Below, in pieces: positions 49,971 to 63,654 of a stretch of DNA of 64,000 nucleotides (positions are counted from its first letter, which is position 1; every line of letters starts with the position of its first letter). The stretch comes from Raja brachyura (taxonomy: Eukaryota). A program made the translations under genes and the position numbers. The notes beneath the pieces are model-generated. The model was not told the origin of the DNA. It made no database searches and saw only the letters and a list, made by a program, of their open reading frames with translations. The stretch covers positions 71,176,001-71,240,000 of the forward strand of contig OY740783.1 in NCBI GenBank assembly GCA_963514005.1, written 5' to 3'.

Positions 49971-51439
49971 GCCCTCTTTCATTTATTCCTATTTGACAAT
50001 AAATGGTCTAGACAATCTTAATATCTAAAAATCTATAGATTTTTATGCTCTGCGCTAAAGGACAAGAAATAGAGATAACTTGTGTTTAGCTTGATTGCTC
50101 CATTTTCCAGCCCAGGAGACACTTAAAACAAATACAAAATATCCTACAGTAAGTAAAGGACAGATATAAATTCAAGAATCAGTCTTAGTCCAAATGGCAT
50201 GGGTTACATTTTCTTACATCCAGGCTTAAAAATGATGTCCTAAGATCACACAGATCCAAGAATCACCACTAAAATTACAGAGTCAGCAACTTGGCAACCA
50301 GTTACACACATAGAAAACTTTATCAAAGGAAGTAGTGTTCCTTGCCTGAAATAATTTATTTTGTTGCTATGAAAGATTAATCTTTATAAATTAAATATTT
50401 GTTCTTTTGTTAACTTAAAATTTAAAGCATGCTCTACAACTGTGTCAGGCTTGTCACTTCAATATGTTTTGTTTTACTGATGTTACTGGTGTATTGTAAG
50501 GAAGTTATTTTTCTCATGCCTGCTATATTAATCCCATCATTTCATATTTAACATCAATCAGGGCATTAATAAAATAGTTGCAAGTGACGAAAAATATGAA
50601 AACTGATAATGTGACTTCACCCAACATGTTTAAACATCTGGTTTTTGCTTGTCATGGAGGACTGAGCTTCATAAACTGGTTTTGTGTTGCAAAACAAGAC
50701 TGGAACAATGGATTTGTAAATTGTGGCTGAAATAAGTATTTTTTGTTCATTCAGCACCACAAATTAGTTTTTCATTGCAGCTGTTGAAAGGCAGATTGAG
50801 ATCAAAGTACAGCGTAGAGTACAACATTAAAACAAATGCAGCATAAATAACAGCATACATTAAGAGAAATGAAAATGAAAAAAAATACAGGAAGATAAAT
50901 TATAATTGAAAGAGTGACATCAAGCGAATGTAAATGTATTGAACAAACGAGAGCCTTTATAGCTTTACATACAAGCATCACATTTCTTTATATTGTTTAA
51001 TTAAATTCATATGCCTCACTCTCATGGATGTTGGCTTTATATGGAGATAAATGAAAGTAAGATAGTAAAAAGTGAAACTTAGTGCTGGCAGGAAAAATGA
51101 GCAGTTGAAAGGCAGATGCAGAAAGCACTGCAAGCAAGAACTACATTGCAATATTAAATTCCAGTACTGGGAGTATATTTATCTTTTGTAGATTGAAATT
51201 ATAAGAGACCAATTAAGATATTAGATTATATGGCTCTGAGATGTTCTGTCATTTTCTCACGGTGTTTCCCCTTTGTTCTTGAAGATGCTGTGCTATGTTA
51301 TGATGGAACTCCCCCTGCAGTAACTGTCCCACTACTCTTGCAAATGAGATAACTATGCTAGCATATGCATTGAAAGTCAGCAGATCATCCTACAAAGGGG
51401 ACATAATTATTGAGTTCATCCCCAGTAGGAATTAATGGA

Positions 51440-52515
51440 TAAAGTCCTACAACAGAATTCCCAACTGACTGACCATCAACGTAGGGTACATCAAGGCTGC
51501 ATTCTTTATCCCCCTACTTCTACACTCTTCCCACCCATAACCACGTGGCTAAGCATAGCCATCAACACATTTGCCTACGACACCTCTGCTCTTGGCCAAA
51601 ACATGGCTGGTGACAAGTTAGCATACAGGAGAGAGATAGAACGCTGGATGCATGTTTTTGCTCGAGCAATTTGCTATACATCCACAACCATGTGCTAAAC
51701 ACAACTCAAAAAGCTTCAATAAATATGCCTATGACACCTCTGCTGTTAGCCAAAACATGGGTGGTAGTGATTAAGAGTTTCTTTAAGAAAGAACTGCAGA
51801 TGCTGGAAAAATCGAAGGTAGACAAAAAATGCTGGAGAAACTCAGCGGGTGAGGCAGCATCTATGGAGAGAAGGAATTGGCGATGTTTCGGATCGAGACC
51901 CTTCTTCAGACCAAATGAGACAGGAGAGAGATAGACCACTGGTTGAGTGGTTCTACAAGAGCAATCTCATGCTCAATGTCAACAAACCAGAGAACTAATT
52001 GCAGACTTCTGAAAGGGGAAGTCGGTTATCTCCATGCCAGTTTTCATTGGTGGGTTGGTGGTGGAAGGAGTTAGCTGCTGTAAATTAATGGGTGTTCACA
52101 TCTTGGATTACATCACCTGGGCCCTATACATAGTTGAAATCACAAAGTAAATGTACTCGAGTCCCTCTACTTTCTGAGAAGTTTAGAGATTTGGCATATC
52201 ACTGAATACTTTATCAGACGTAGAAATTGTCTTGACTGTTTTCCAACATCATGACCTAATACGACAGTTCCAATACATAGAATGCAGGGGGTTGCAGAGA
52301 GTGGTTGACTCAGTTCAACCCATCATCAGCACAGACCTCCACAACAGCAAAATTGCAGAACTTACCATTAAGGATCCCCAGCAAACAGACCATCCCTCTT
52401 CTTGCTGCTACATCGGACAGGAGGTACAGAAGCCTAAAGTCCCACACCACCAGGTTTGGGAACAACTACTCTCCTCCAACCATTAGGCTCTTGAACAGAC
52501 CTGCACAACCCTAAT
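51440..52515 (+). mobile_element. Old Rex1/Babar fragment with nested pLTR repeat (~51785-51915)
   Basis: Degenerate QGCIL and RRYRSLKSHTTRF remnants. Confidence 0.65.
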
Positions 52516-54248
52516 CCTACCTTGTAAACAGACCTCTGTTGTATTTCTAATCTGAAATGTAGTATTTGCAGCACATCTTAAAAGATGAAGAGTAACTGCA
52601 TAGTACTATTAACTCAAAAAGGCTCCACCTAGCATGATCCCACCTCTTGCATTACGATGAACTTACTTTTGAATTGTGTTTTGCACTAATTTATTTTAGT
52701 TTAGAGATACAGCGTGGAAACAAGCCCTTCAGCCCATCGAGTCATGCCGACCAGCGATCCCTGCACACTGACGTTATCTTACACACACTAGGGACAATTT
52801 ACAATTTTACCAAGCCAGTTGGCATACAACCCTGTACACATTTGGTGTGACTAAAACAACTAGTGTTATTTTTGTAGTCTTATTATTTTGTGCAGTCTTT
52901 TTCTTTTCATTGTTTTGTAGAATGTAAGTGTGTTGTGTAATTTATATGTAATGTATGCATTTGTGTGTTGTATGAGTTTATGTGCTAAGATACTGCTCAA
53001 GCAAGATCTTCATTGTACCTGTATCTCACCGTACTTTGCCCATGACAATAAATTCGACTTGACTTGATTTTATTTCTCTAAACCTGTATCTCTGAGGCCA
53101 GTAGGAGTGCAATACTTGTTAAGCTAGAAAGAGATCAGCTAACCAAACATGGAATGTTTCAGTTTAGTTTATTATCAAGTGTACCAAGGTACAGAGAAAA
53201 CCAGTCAGGAGAAGGACAATACATGATTACAATCAATCCATTTACAGCGTATAGATACATAATAATGGAAATGTTACTGTAGGAATAGAGATTTAAGAGT
53301 GAAGAGTGATTGTAATATAAGTTTGTAGATCTGCTTATGTGGCTAGCACACAAATAGTCGCCTGTATTGGGCGCCATCTTGCTGCTGAGGGAATGGGATA
53401 CATATCTGGCAAGCTATCTGCTCTAGATGGCTTCATGCTACATTAGGCTTGTCATACTGGGATATTTGGTGACCTTAGGAAACAAATATTACAGTGATGA
53501 TATTTTTTTTTTGGTCCAGCCCTAACTGTCATTATATTTATAATTATGTTCAACACTCAAGGAGATATCTTGTTATGCTAGTTTTTAATGCCAATAAAAT
53601 TCTGCAGTTGACAAATACAGACTGGATTCTAAAGTGTGAGAGCATCATCTAAACATAATTTTACAGAATTTCATGGTTGTAAAAAGATATTCAAATAGTT
53701 TCATTTTATTTATTTATTCCAGCTGGGGCTGACTGTTAAGCTATACAGACATTATGGGGCCGCATTGAAAGTGCTTCACATTTACTAATGAGTCTATTGG
53801 CTAATTCACTAATGGCAACCATTCAGCAGCAGTAATTTTTCATGAAGATAAAATTATAGCGGATGAAACTAAATATTCTTTATTTTTCTTCAACCTCAAC
53901 TGTTTTTTTTTCTCTCTGTTATATATTTAAGATGGAATTATGTGATAGATTTTTAAAAAAAGAATGTCATTTTTCAGTTCAATACTCTAGAATTTATTAC
54001 CTTGAGTGTAGGAAACTGAGGGGTGATCTTAAAGAGAATTAGAGTTTAGAGTTTCGAGAGTTACAGCAAGGAAACAGGCCCTTCGGCCCACCGAGTCCAC
54101 TCAGACCATCGAACACGTGTTAGCAATAGTTCTTTGTTATGCCACTTTCACATGCACTTCCTACACACTTAGAACAATTTACAGAGGCCCATTAACCGAC
54201 AAACCTACTCATCTTTGGGATGGGGAAGGAAACTGGAGCATCGGGAGT

Positions 54249-54388
54249 CTTCTTCTTCTTGCATATGGCGTGCACAGCCTAAAGTTGTAGGACAACGCTC
54301 GATTTGATCTTATTTGATTGTGCACGCCGGGTTGATTGCATTCATCAAAACAGGGTGGACCACGTGAAGGTTGCAATCTTCCAACCCA
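54249..54388 (-). mobile_element. Short non-tRNA retroposon with 5' HDV-like ribozyme, copy 2 (nested in a tRNA SINE)
   Basis: Perfect 12-bp TSD agcatcgggagt at 54237-54248 and 54389-54400; (AAG)n tail; ribozyme fold at 54334-54387. Confidence 0.85.
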
Positions 54389-54519
54389 AGCATCGGGAGT
54401 AAACTCACATGGTCACAGGAAGAACATACAAACTCCACATGGACAGCGACCAAGGTCAGGATCGAACCCAAGTCTCTGGTGCTGTGAAGCTGCAGCTCTA
54501 ACACCTGCAGAACTGTACC

Positions 54520-55010
54520 GACAGGTGTGTAAAATCATGAGGGGAATAGATGGGTGAATGCACACAGACTCTCTCGCAGAGTTAGATTAAGGGGGATTCA
54601 AGGGATATGGGGAGAAAGCAGGAATGGGGTTCTGATTTAGGATGATCAGCCATGATCATATTGAATGACGGTGCTGGCTCGAAGGGCCGAATGGCCTACT
54701 CCTGCATCTATTTTCTATGTTTCTAAGATCTAGAGGGCAAAGGTTTTTGGTGAGAGGGGAAAGATTTAATGGGAACCCGAGAGACATTTTTTTCACACAG
54801 AGGATGGTATATAATTGGAATGAGTTACCAGAAGAAGCAGTACAATACAATATATAAAACATATTTGGATAGCAACATGGATAGGGAAAGTTTGGAAGGA
54901 CATGGGTCCAATGGGGTTAAAAGGGACTAGCTTAAATGGGCATCTTGGTTGGCATCGACAAGTTGGGCTGAAGAGCCTGTTTCCATGTGTGTTTCCATGC
55001 TATGACTCAG
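54520..55010 (+). mobile_element. CR1 3' end containing a nested CR1 3' UTR (~54585-54725)
   Basis: KIMRGID..FFTQR..WNELP remnant; internal tttctatg tail. Confidence 0.8.
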
Positions 55011-55039
55011 ATTTTAAATGAAATGAAATTAATTATAGT

Positions 55040-55902
55040 CACATACAAAGGATACAAAGGATACAATGGACATTTATTATCACATACACCAATTGGTGTA
55101 GTGAAATTTGACTTGCCATTGCAGCACACCAATAAAAATAAGACACAACATTAAAGAATTTAACAATAAACATAAAAACATCACCCCACAATGGTTCCCA
55201 CTGTGAGGGAAGGCAGCAAAGTCCAGTTCTAACCCCTGTTCACCCATGGTTGGGCCTATTGAGGCCTCCGCAGTCGCCGCTACGGTGACCCGATGCTTCA
55301 GGCCCTCTCGCCGGATGATGGAACTCCAGCGTCGGAAGAGCACTCTCAGTGGCTTGAAGTGTCTGGAGCGGCCGCTTCATCCCCGGACCCCGCGGCTCCC
55401 AAAGTCCACGGGCCGCGCTGGTCTGAGCTCCGACACTGGTGACCTCAGCGTGAGATCCCAGGCTCCGCAATGTTTTAAGTTCAGTGCCGCCCGCGCTGGA
55501 CGCCTGCAGCCACAGCTCCTCGGATGTTGGAGTCGGCGGTCTCAGCACTCCGGAGCCCACCGTACGGCGACCCGGGTCAGGCATCGCCCGCTCCACGATG
55601 GTGCTTCAGCGCTGTGCCATCGCCGAAGCTGATGTTCTGGCCGGTCCCGGCAGGAAAACGCCATACCAGTCCTGTTTTTTAGGCCGCGAGCAAGGGGTAA
55701 AAATACGGCTCGGAGAAAAGCTACATCTCCGACCAGGTAAGGACTGAGAAATGCAGTTTCCCCCTCCTCCCCCCCCCCCCCCACCACCCACATAAAAAGA
55801 CTAGAACACCTACCAAAACAAACACTTTTAACTCACTGAAAATAAAAAATAGGGTGATAGGACTAACAGCTGCTGGCAGGGCAGCCATACTCGACGGCAC
55901 CC
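55040..55902 (-). mobile_element. CpG-rich non-coding retroelement with Rex1-like 3' end
   Basis: Minus-strand 3' end ttcactacacc..tgtgataataaa plus a tandem tail; no transposon ORF; partly similar to 13005-13079 and 14336-14400. Confidence 0.55.
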
Positions 55903-56204
55903 CCTGGGGTGTGAATGAAGTTTGGATGGGAATGAAGTTTGATTTTATAATGTTTGAGAAGTTGTAACGCATCCAGATCCATGCAGAATATCTAAAGTCA
56001 TCAGCAACATACACCTTCATTGGTTTTCAATCGAGTCACAATACTGAAGGAACATTTTCTGGTTTCCCCAAACAATTTAGTTAGAGGATGGTAACCGGAT
56101 GTGCATGGCTGAAGTTTGCTTGCAACTTCTTAAAGAATGATAGGAGCATGAGGATCACCTCATGCTGAGTTTCATTCATGGTTCCAAGTTGGAAGTACAA
56201 GGGT

Positions 56205-56500
56205 GTCATAGTGGTGCAGCTGGTAGAGCTGCTGCCTCACAGCACCAGAGACCCGGGCCTGATCCTGGCCTTGGGTATTGTCTGTGTGGAGTTTGCACGT
56301 TCTACCTGTGATCACATGGGTTCCTCTGGGTCCTCCGATTTCCTCCCACATCCCATGTAGTGCGGGTCTGTAGTTTACTTGGTCTCAGTAAAAGTGGAAC
56401 AACATTGAAAAGAGTGAAAGGATGATTGATGGCTGGCACGGACTCAGTGGGCCGAAGGGCCTGTTTCCTTGCTGAATCTCTGAACGAAACGAAGCATGCA
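56205..56500 (+). mobile_element. tRNA-derived SINE (HE1-like)
   Basis: tggtgcagctggtagagctgctgcctcacagc head, central core, CR1-like tail. Confidence 0.85.
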
Positions 56501-56929
56501 ACCATTTGCAATAAATTCAAATGCTGGACATCTGTGCACTTTTTATGAAATGTGAATTCTTATGGAGTTCATGATGTTGGTCTTGCTGCAGCTCAACAGC
56601 ACTTTCACTGGGGAAGCTGCCACTTGCTCCAGGCCAGACCTGAGATCCCATTGATTTGATCCCCATTGATTTCAATGGGAACTACAGAATAACTGTAAAG
56701 AGGGCACAGGGAAAAATAAATTACTTCTTAACTATCATTTTACTTTGGCTTAACACAAAATATGTGATTTAATTAACCTATTTTTAATGTAATATACTTT
56801 TTCAAATAATTATTTCCTTGTTTTAATTTAACATGTCTCTAAGACCTTTTAAAGACCATGTGTGAGTCTGTGTTTGTGCATATGCGTGCCTGTGTATGTG
56901 CACCTTTGTGTGTGTGCATGTGTGTGTGT

Positions 56930-58288
56930 TTGAGTCAGTTATTAAAGATGGGATAGCAGCACATTTGGAAAGTAGTGAAATCATTGGACAAAGTCAGCAT
57001 GGATTTACGAAAGGTAAATCATGTCTGACGAATCTTGTGAAATTTTTCGAGGATGTAACTAGTAGCGTAGATAGGGGAGAACCAGTGGATGTGGTGTATC
57101 TGGACTTCCAGAAAGCTTTCGCAAGGTCCCACATAAAAGATTAGTATATAAACTTAAAGCATACGGCATTGGGGGTTCAGTATTGATGTGGATAGAGAAC
57201 TGGCTGGCAAACAGGAAGCAAAGAGTAGGAGTAAACGGGTTGTTTTCACAATGGCAGGCAGTGACTGGTGGGGTACCGCAAGGCTCAGTGCTGGGACCCC
57301 AGCTATTTACAATATACATTAATGATCTGGATGAGGGAATTGAAGGCAATATCTCCAAGTTTGCGGATGACACTAAGCTGGGGGGCAGTGTTAGCTGTGA
57401 AGAGGATGCTAGGAGACTGCAAGGTGACTTGGAAAGGCTGGGTGAGTGGGCAAATGTTTGGAAGATGCAGTATAATGTGGATAAATGTGAGGTTATCCAC
57501 TTTGGTGGCAAAAACAGGAAAGCAGACTATTATCTAAATGGTGGCCGATCAGGAAAAGGGGAGATGCAACGCGACTTGGGTGTCATGGTACACCAGTCAT
57601 TGAAAGTAGGCATGCAGGTGCAGCAGGCAGTGAAGAAAGCCAATGGTATGTTAGCTTTCATAGCAAAAGGATTTGAGTATAGGAGCAGGGAGGTTCTACT
57701 TCAGTTGTATAGGGTCTTGGTGAGACCACACCTGGAGTATTGCGTACAGTTCTGGTCTCCAAATCTGAGGAAGGACATTATTGCCGTAGAGGGAGTGCAG
57801 AGAAGGTTCACCAGACTGATTCCTGGGATGTCTTATGAAGAAAGACTGCATAGACTCGGTTTATACTCTCTAGAATTTAGGAGATTGAGAGGGGATCTTA
57901 TAGAAATTTACAAAATTCTTAAGGGGTTGGACAGGCTAGATGCAGGAAGATTGTTCCTGATGTTGGGGAGGTCCAGGACAAGGGGTCACAGCTTAAGAAT
58001 AAGGGGGAAATCCTTTAGGACCGAGATGAGAAGGACTTTTTTCACACAGAGAGTGGTGATTCTCTGGAACTCTCTGCCACAGAGGTAGTTGAGGCCAGTT
58101 CATTGGCTATATTTAAGAGGGAGTTAGATGTGGCCCTTGTGGCTAAGGGGATCAGAGGGTATGGAGAGAAGGCAGGTACGGGATACTGAGTTGGATGATC
58201 AGCTATGATCATATTGAATGGCGGTGCAGGCTCGAAGGGCCGAATGGCCTACTCCTGCACCTAATTTCTATGCTTCTATGTTTCTATA
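56930..58288 (+). mobile_element. Young CR1 (HER1-like), 1.35-kb 3' part
   Basis: 301-aa ORF 57183-58088 with GVPQGSVLGP and KFADD; tttctatg tail; short TG-rich repeat upstream. Confidence 0.95.
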
Positions 58289-59364
58289 CTCAGGTATGAA
58301 GCCACGACGTGCATCCAACTCTGCCGCTCCCATCCTTCTCTCTCAGCCGTCAAGGCATATGTGTAAAAGTATGCTTCTATATCATCCTAGTGCATCAGTT
58401 TGGTGAGAAGCCCATGGGCTGTAGATATGCTCCCAGCTGCATCCCTCAGGCTTGTGCCTTCACTGACACGAAGCAGCAGTGTTTTTGTAATCCGAACAAA
58501 GTTGCAGATTGACTCTAGGGCCACCCGCTGTTAATCTAGGAAGACTTGCTGTTGTTCAATGTTGGTCTCAAATAAATGCCGGATCAGTCCCTCCATTGTG
58601 TGAATGGCCAGTGCACTCATGCCACATTCTCCACCAGTGTGGCATTGAGGATGAGGCCGGGTTTGGACGTGACCACAGTTTACTCCAGAGTGCCAGTGTT
58701 TTCCAGCAGCCTAGCATCGTCTGTGGTGCTGATCGTAGGCTTCCTCTGGCCTAGCAGCCGGTGTTGTTGATCAGAATGGCCTTAAGGGAGGACGTGTCAT
58801 CACACTAGATAGGCTCTCGGTGTCGACCCAAGTAAAGGTAAGTCAAGTTGGCCCAAGTATACCCAATCAACATTGTCCATTATGAAGGGCGTAATGGATT
58901 CTGCAAATGGGGGCACAACAACCAGAATAGGATTATCTTTAATCAGACTTTACGGGACTTTATCTCGCACGTGGCATTAATCAAAACTAAACTAAACTAA
59001 ACAAATCTAAGCTAAAAACAATGTAGTGTGAACAAGCCAAACCTACCTTGAATTTAGTGATTCCTCTCTGCCGGGATTGTAGTAGCTGGTAGACATGTTG
59101 TAGCTTGTATTTTTTCTACAGATGGAAGAAACCAGCTGAAGCAATGAAGAAATCATGGTCGATGTTAGCCGCAGAAGTGGGAAGCATGCTCCTGAATTCA
59201 GTACTGAAAGTGTTTCGATGATTCCATCCTGTCAGGAAAATAAACTATATTTATGTACAAGTGATGTGTCCACTCTCACAATCTGCTGCTCTGTCCACTG
59301 CTGCACCTCACTGTTTTGCCATTGCTGTACTCATTCCCTGGGCCTGGGCGATTCCTCTCACCCA

Positions 59365-59690
59365 TCCTGATATGTTGGCTCTGGAAAGATGCAGAGAAAA
59401 TTCACCAGGACGTTTCCTGGGATTGAGGTTTTCAGTTATGAAAAGAGATTGGATAGGCTTGACTTGCATTCCTGGGAGCCGAGGAGGCTGAGGGGGGTGT
59501 TCTGAATGAGATGTACAAAATTATAAGAGACATTGTCAGGGCAGATGGACCTTCTCCCATGGTGGAGGTATTTGTGACCCAGAGGGCATTGCTTTAAGGT
59601 GAGAAGTAATATTTTTGGAGAGAAACTAAGGAAGATTTTTTTCACCAGAGAGTGGTTGGAATTGGGAATACACTACCCTAGAGGTTGGCA
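59365..59690 (+). mobile_element. Old CR1 3' fragment
   Basis: Degenerate ER.QR.FTR..PG and YKIIR remnants. Confidence 0.7.
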
Positions 59691-61124
59691 AATATCATGC
59701 TGAGCATGTTAAGAATTGTTCACATTCTGATGAGGTCACCACCTTCCTTTAACATCCTGGGTGTGTGTGTATATATATATCTTGCGATAACATATATATA
59801 TATATGAATCCTCTTGTGATAACCCATTTCCAGAAATCTGTCTAATTAATCTAATAAACGTATAGTCCCACATAGGCATTTAGATAGGAGATCAAAATTG
59901 TACACAGTACTCCAGTGATATAACTGAGCATGGGACTTCACAGCAAGACAGAGAAACAGCTAGTTCTCTTTGGCTATTGCCTTTAATAACTGAAAACAAC
60001 CAAACACGACAGGGAATATTCAAGCAGAAAAGGTAAGACTGAGAATTAAATATAGCAAGGTATAACGTGTTTGGAGAAAAGAAGGAAATTATGTAGTAGC
60101 AGTTAGTAATAACGTAATGGCTTTAAAAAACAGGACACAGCCATAAGGAAGACAAGAATGAATTCCTTACAAATAAAGTTAAGGATTATTCACACCAATA
60201 GCCAATATCAAAAAACACCTAAAATGGAGGGACTGTGGAGGAATTAAATTTGCAGACAAATTAGGGAAATTAGTGAAAATAACAGTAAAAGATCAGGGGT
60301 ATTTTTCTGTACACCAGTGTTAATTTGACAGGAGCAATAGTTAAGGCGAATAAGGTAACCGAGCTCCTACAATGTGTGCAGGACTCCTTGATAACAATAT
60401 GTAAAAACCCCAATAAGGAAGTATTTGTTATTGGATCTGGCAAAGGTGAATGAATCAAACCAGATCAGAGAAGGGAAGCACTTGGGTGGCAATGATAACT
60501 GTAATGTAACATGTTTTAAGTTGATAACAGTGGAGAACCAAAGCAGTCGATAGATTGGGAACAAAAGCTGATTTTGAGGGCTGCAAATAGAACTTGCAAA
60601 ATAAACTGAGCAATGAGTAGGAAGGACTGCCGGCAAAATCTGCAGGAAGGAACTGCAGATGCTAGTTTAAACCGATGATAAGCACAAAATGCTGGAGTAA
60701 CTCAGCAGGACACGCAGCATCTCTGGAGAGAAGGAATGGATGATGTTTCAGGTCAAGACCCTGCAGACAGCAGCAAAGCAATGATATTGGCAATGGGAAA
60801 TGTTTAGACAAAGTGCAGAGCCAACATTGCATTAAAATCAAAAAACAATGTAAACATGCAAGATACTCCATGAATGAATAAAGACAAAAGAGAACAAAGT
60901 GAAGAAACAGGAATACGTTAAATACTTGGGATCCAAGGAGAGCACTATGATAAAGAATGTGAAGGAAAGAATAAAATTCACTAAAACATTTAAGATGGCA
61001 AAAAGGACAATGAAATTATAATACCACAGAACATAAAACAAAAATAGTGTAATGTTTTACATTCACATCTAAACAAAAGTAAGGCCAAGGTAGTAATTGG
61101 ACCATTAAGGGAGATGCAGGACAA

Positions 61125-62008
61125 TACATAGAAACATAGAAATTAGGTGCAGGAGTAGGCCATTCGGCCCTTCGAGCCTGCACCGCCATTCAATATGATC
61201 ATGGCTAATCATCCAACTCAGTATCCCGTACCTGTCTTCTCTCCATACCCTCTGATCCCCTTAGCCACACGGGCCACATCTAACTCCCTCTTAAATATAG
61301 CCAATGAACTGGCCTCAACTACCTCTGTGGCAGAGAGTTCCAGAGACCCACCACTCTCTGTGTGAAAAAAGTTTTTCTCATCTCGGTCTTAAAGGATTTC
61401 CCCCTTATCCTTAAGCTGTGACCCCTTGTCCTGGACTTCCCCAACATCGGGAACAATCCTCCTGCATCTAGCCTGTCCAACCCCTTAAGAATTTTGTAAG
61501 TTTCTATAAGATCTTCTCTCAATCTCCTAAATTCTAAAGAGTATAAACCGAGTCTATCCAGTCTTTCTTCATAAGACAGTCCTGACATCCCAGGAATCAG
61601 TCTGGTGAACCTTCTCTGCACTCCCTCTATGGCAATAATGTCCTTCCTTAGATTTGGAGACCAAAACTGTACACAATACTCCAGGTGTGGTGTCACCAAG
61701 ACCCTGTACAACTGAACTAGAACCTCCCTGCTCCTATACTCAAATCCTTTGCTATGAAAGCTAACATACCATTCGCTTTCTTCACTGCCTGCTGCACCTG
61801 CATGCCTACTTTCAATGACTGGTGTACCATGACACCCAGGTCTCGCTGCATCTCCCCTTTTCCTGATCGGCCACCATTTAGATAATAGTCTGCTTTCCTG
61901 TTTTTGCCACCAAAGTGGATAACCTCACATTTATCCACATTATACTGCATCTGCCAAACATTTGCCCACTCACCCAGCCTATCCATGTCACCTTGCAGTC
62001 TCCTAGCA
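61125..62008 (-). mobile_element. Young CR1 (HER1-like) 3' part, nested in older CR1 debris
   Basis: ORFs 61717-61986 and 61319-61711 are nearly identical to the 57400-58288 region. Confidence 0.95.
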
Positions 62009-62814
62009 ATACTGCAGCTAATGATAGGAAGATGACAGAAATATTAAATGACCATGTCATGAAGATGAAATGAAGATATAATATTTACCAAGGAGATAGA
62101 ATAGGTGTTCATGATGCTAGATAATAGTGAAATAAATAATAAAATGTGCATTCAGAATAGAGAGAGGGGATGCGTTAAATAAACAACTCAAATTGTAAAA
62201 GCATGTTACCTGGTCTAGATAGATTGCATTCAAGGATAGTAAAAGATCAATTGAAAAGAGAACAGAGGTGCAACAAAACATAGCTAATAATTTACTAAAA
62301 TGACTTAAGTACTGTAGCTGTATTCACAAAGGATCAATGCTGAGAAAATGCTGTTCAGGATTTATACTGAGGATTTAGATATTGATATCAGAAATCCAAT
62401 TTCTACATATGTAGATATTACCAAATTGGTGAATTGGTCAACAGTCCATCCAAACGTCATGAATTTTGCCACAGTCCATTGTAAAAAACATTGATAAATT
62501 ATAGAACAAAATTGATAAACTTGCAGAATAGGCAGGTAATTGGAGAATGACATTTCAATGCAGCTGAACATAAGATTTTTATTGTACCTATACCTCACCA
62601 TACTTGTGCATTTGACAATAAACTTGATTTGACATTTTGGTTAGAAGAAAAGGCCATGGATTACTTATCACTTGCAGTTCAACATGAGCTGGAGGAATGA
62701 AAAGGACCTGAATATCATACACCAATCTCTGGAAGATCCAACAAGGCTATAAAGAAAACTAACCTACCACCAGAACTTATTTTTACGAGGGGTAAAATTG
62801 ACAAGCAGGAAGGT

Positions 62815-63510
62815 GAATTGAATTGAATTGTATTGAATTGAATACATTTTATTAGCTAAGTATGTATACATACAAGAAATTTGCCTTGGTGCTTTGCTTG
62901 CAAGTAACAACACGGTATACAGTAGACAAAAATAAAACATAATAATTAAAAGTGAAGAATGAAAAAGAGCAAAAGGAGGCTACAGACTATTGGCTGTTGA
63001 GCAGAGCAACTGCTCATGGAAAAGGCTTTCTTTATGTCTGGCTGTGGCAGCTTTGACAGTCCGGAGTCGCCTTCCAGAGGGAATTGCTTCAAAGAGTTTG
63101 TGGCCAGGGTGAGAGGGGTCAGAGATGATCTTACCCACTCGCTTCCTGGCCCTTGCAGTATACAGTTCGTCGATGGGGGGAAGGTTGGATCCAACAATCT
63201 TCTCGGCTCATCGAACAATGCGCAGCAGCCTCCGGATGTCTTGCTTGGTGGCTGAGCCAAACCACACCATGATGGAGAAGTTGAGGACAGACTCTACGAT
63301 GGCAGTATAAAACTGGACCATCATTGCCTGTGGCAGATTGTGTTTTCTCAGCTGCAACAGGAAGTACATCCTCTGTTGGCCCTTTTTGACGGTGGACCCG
63401 ATGGTGCCTCCATTTAAGGTCCCTGGAGATGATGGTTCCAAGGAACTTAAATGACTCCACAGATGATACTGTGGTGTTGTTGATGGTAAGTGGGGGGAGG
63501 GTAGAGGGAG
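62815..63510 (-). mobile_element. Rex1/Babar LINE 3' part
   Basis: ESFKFLGTIIS and QQRMYFL.QLRK.NLP..MMVQFY; (ttcaa)n tail. Confidence 0.88.
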
Positions 63511-63654
63511 GTGTTATGCCAAACCTGTATCACACCTGCTAAGAATGCCCAGTACAGTTCTGGTTGCTATGTTATAAAAATGTTTTAGAGGGACTGGAGA
63601 GGATGCATAGAAGACTTGCAAGGATAATCCAGAAATTCAAGTGCTTAACTGAAA

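Noticed and set aside
58290-58930. Possible ancient LINE (Tx1- or L2-like) remnant
   Set aside because: Similarity too faint to assign by eye.
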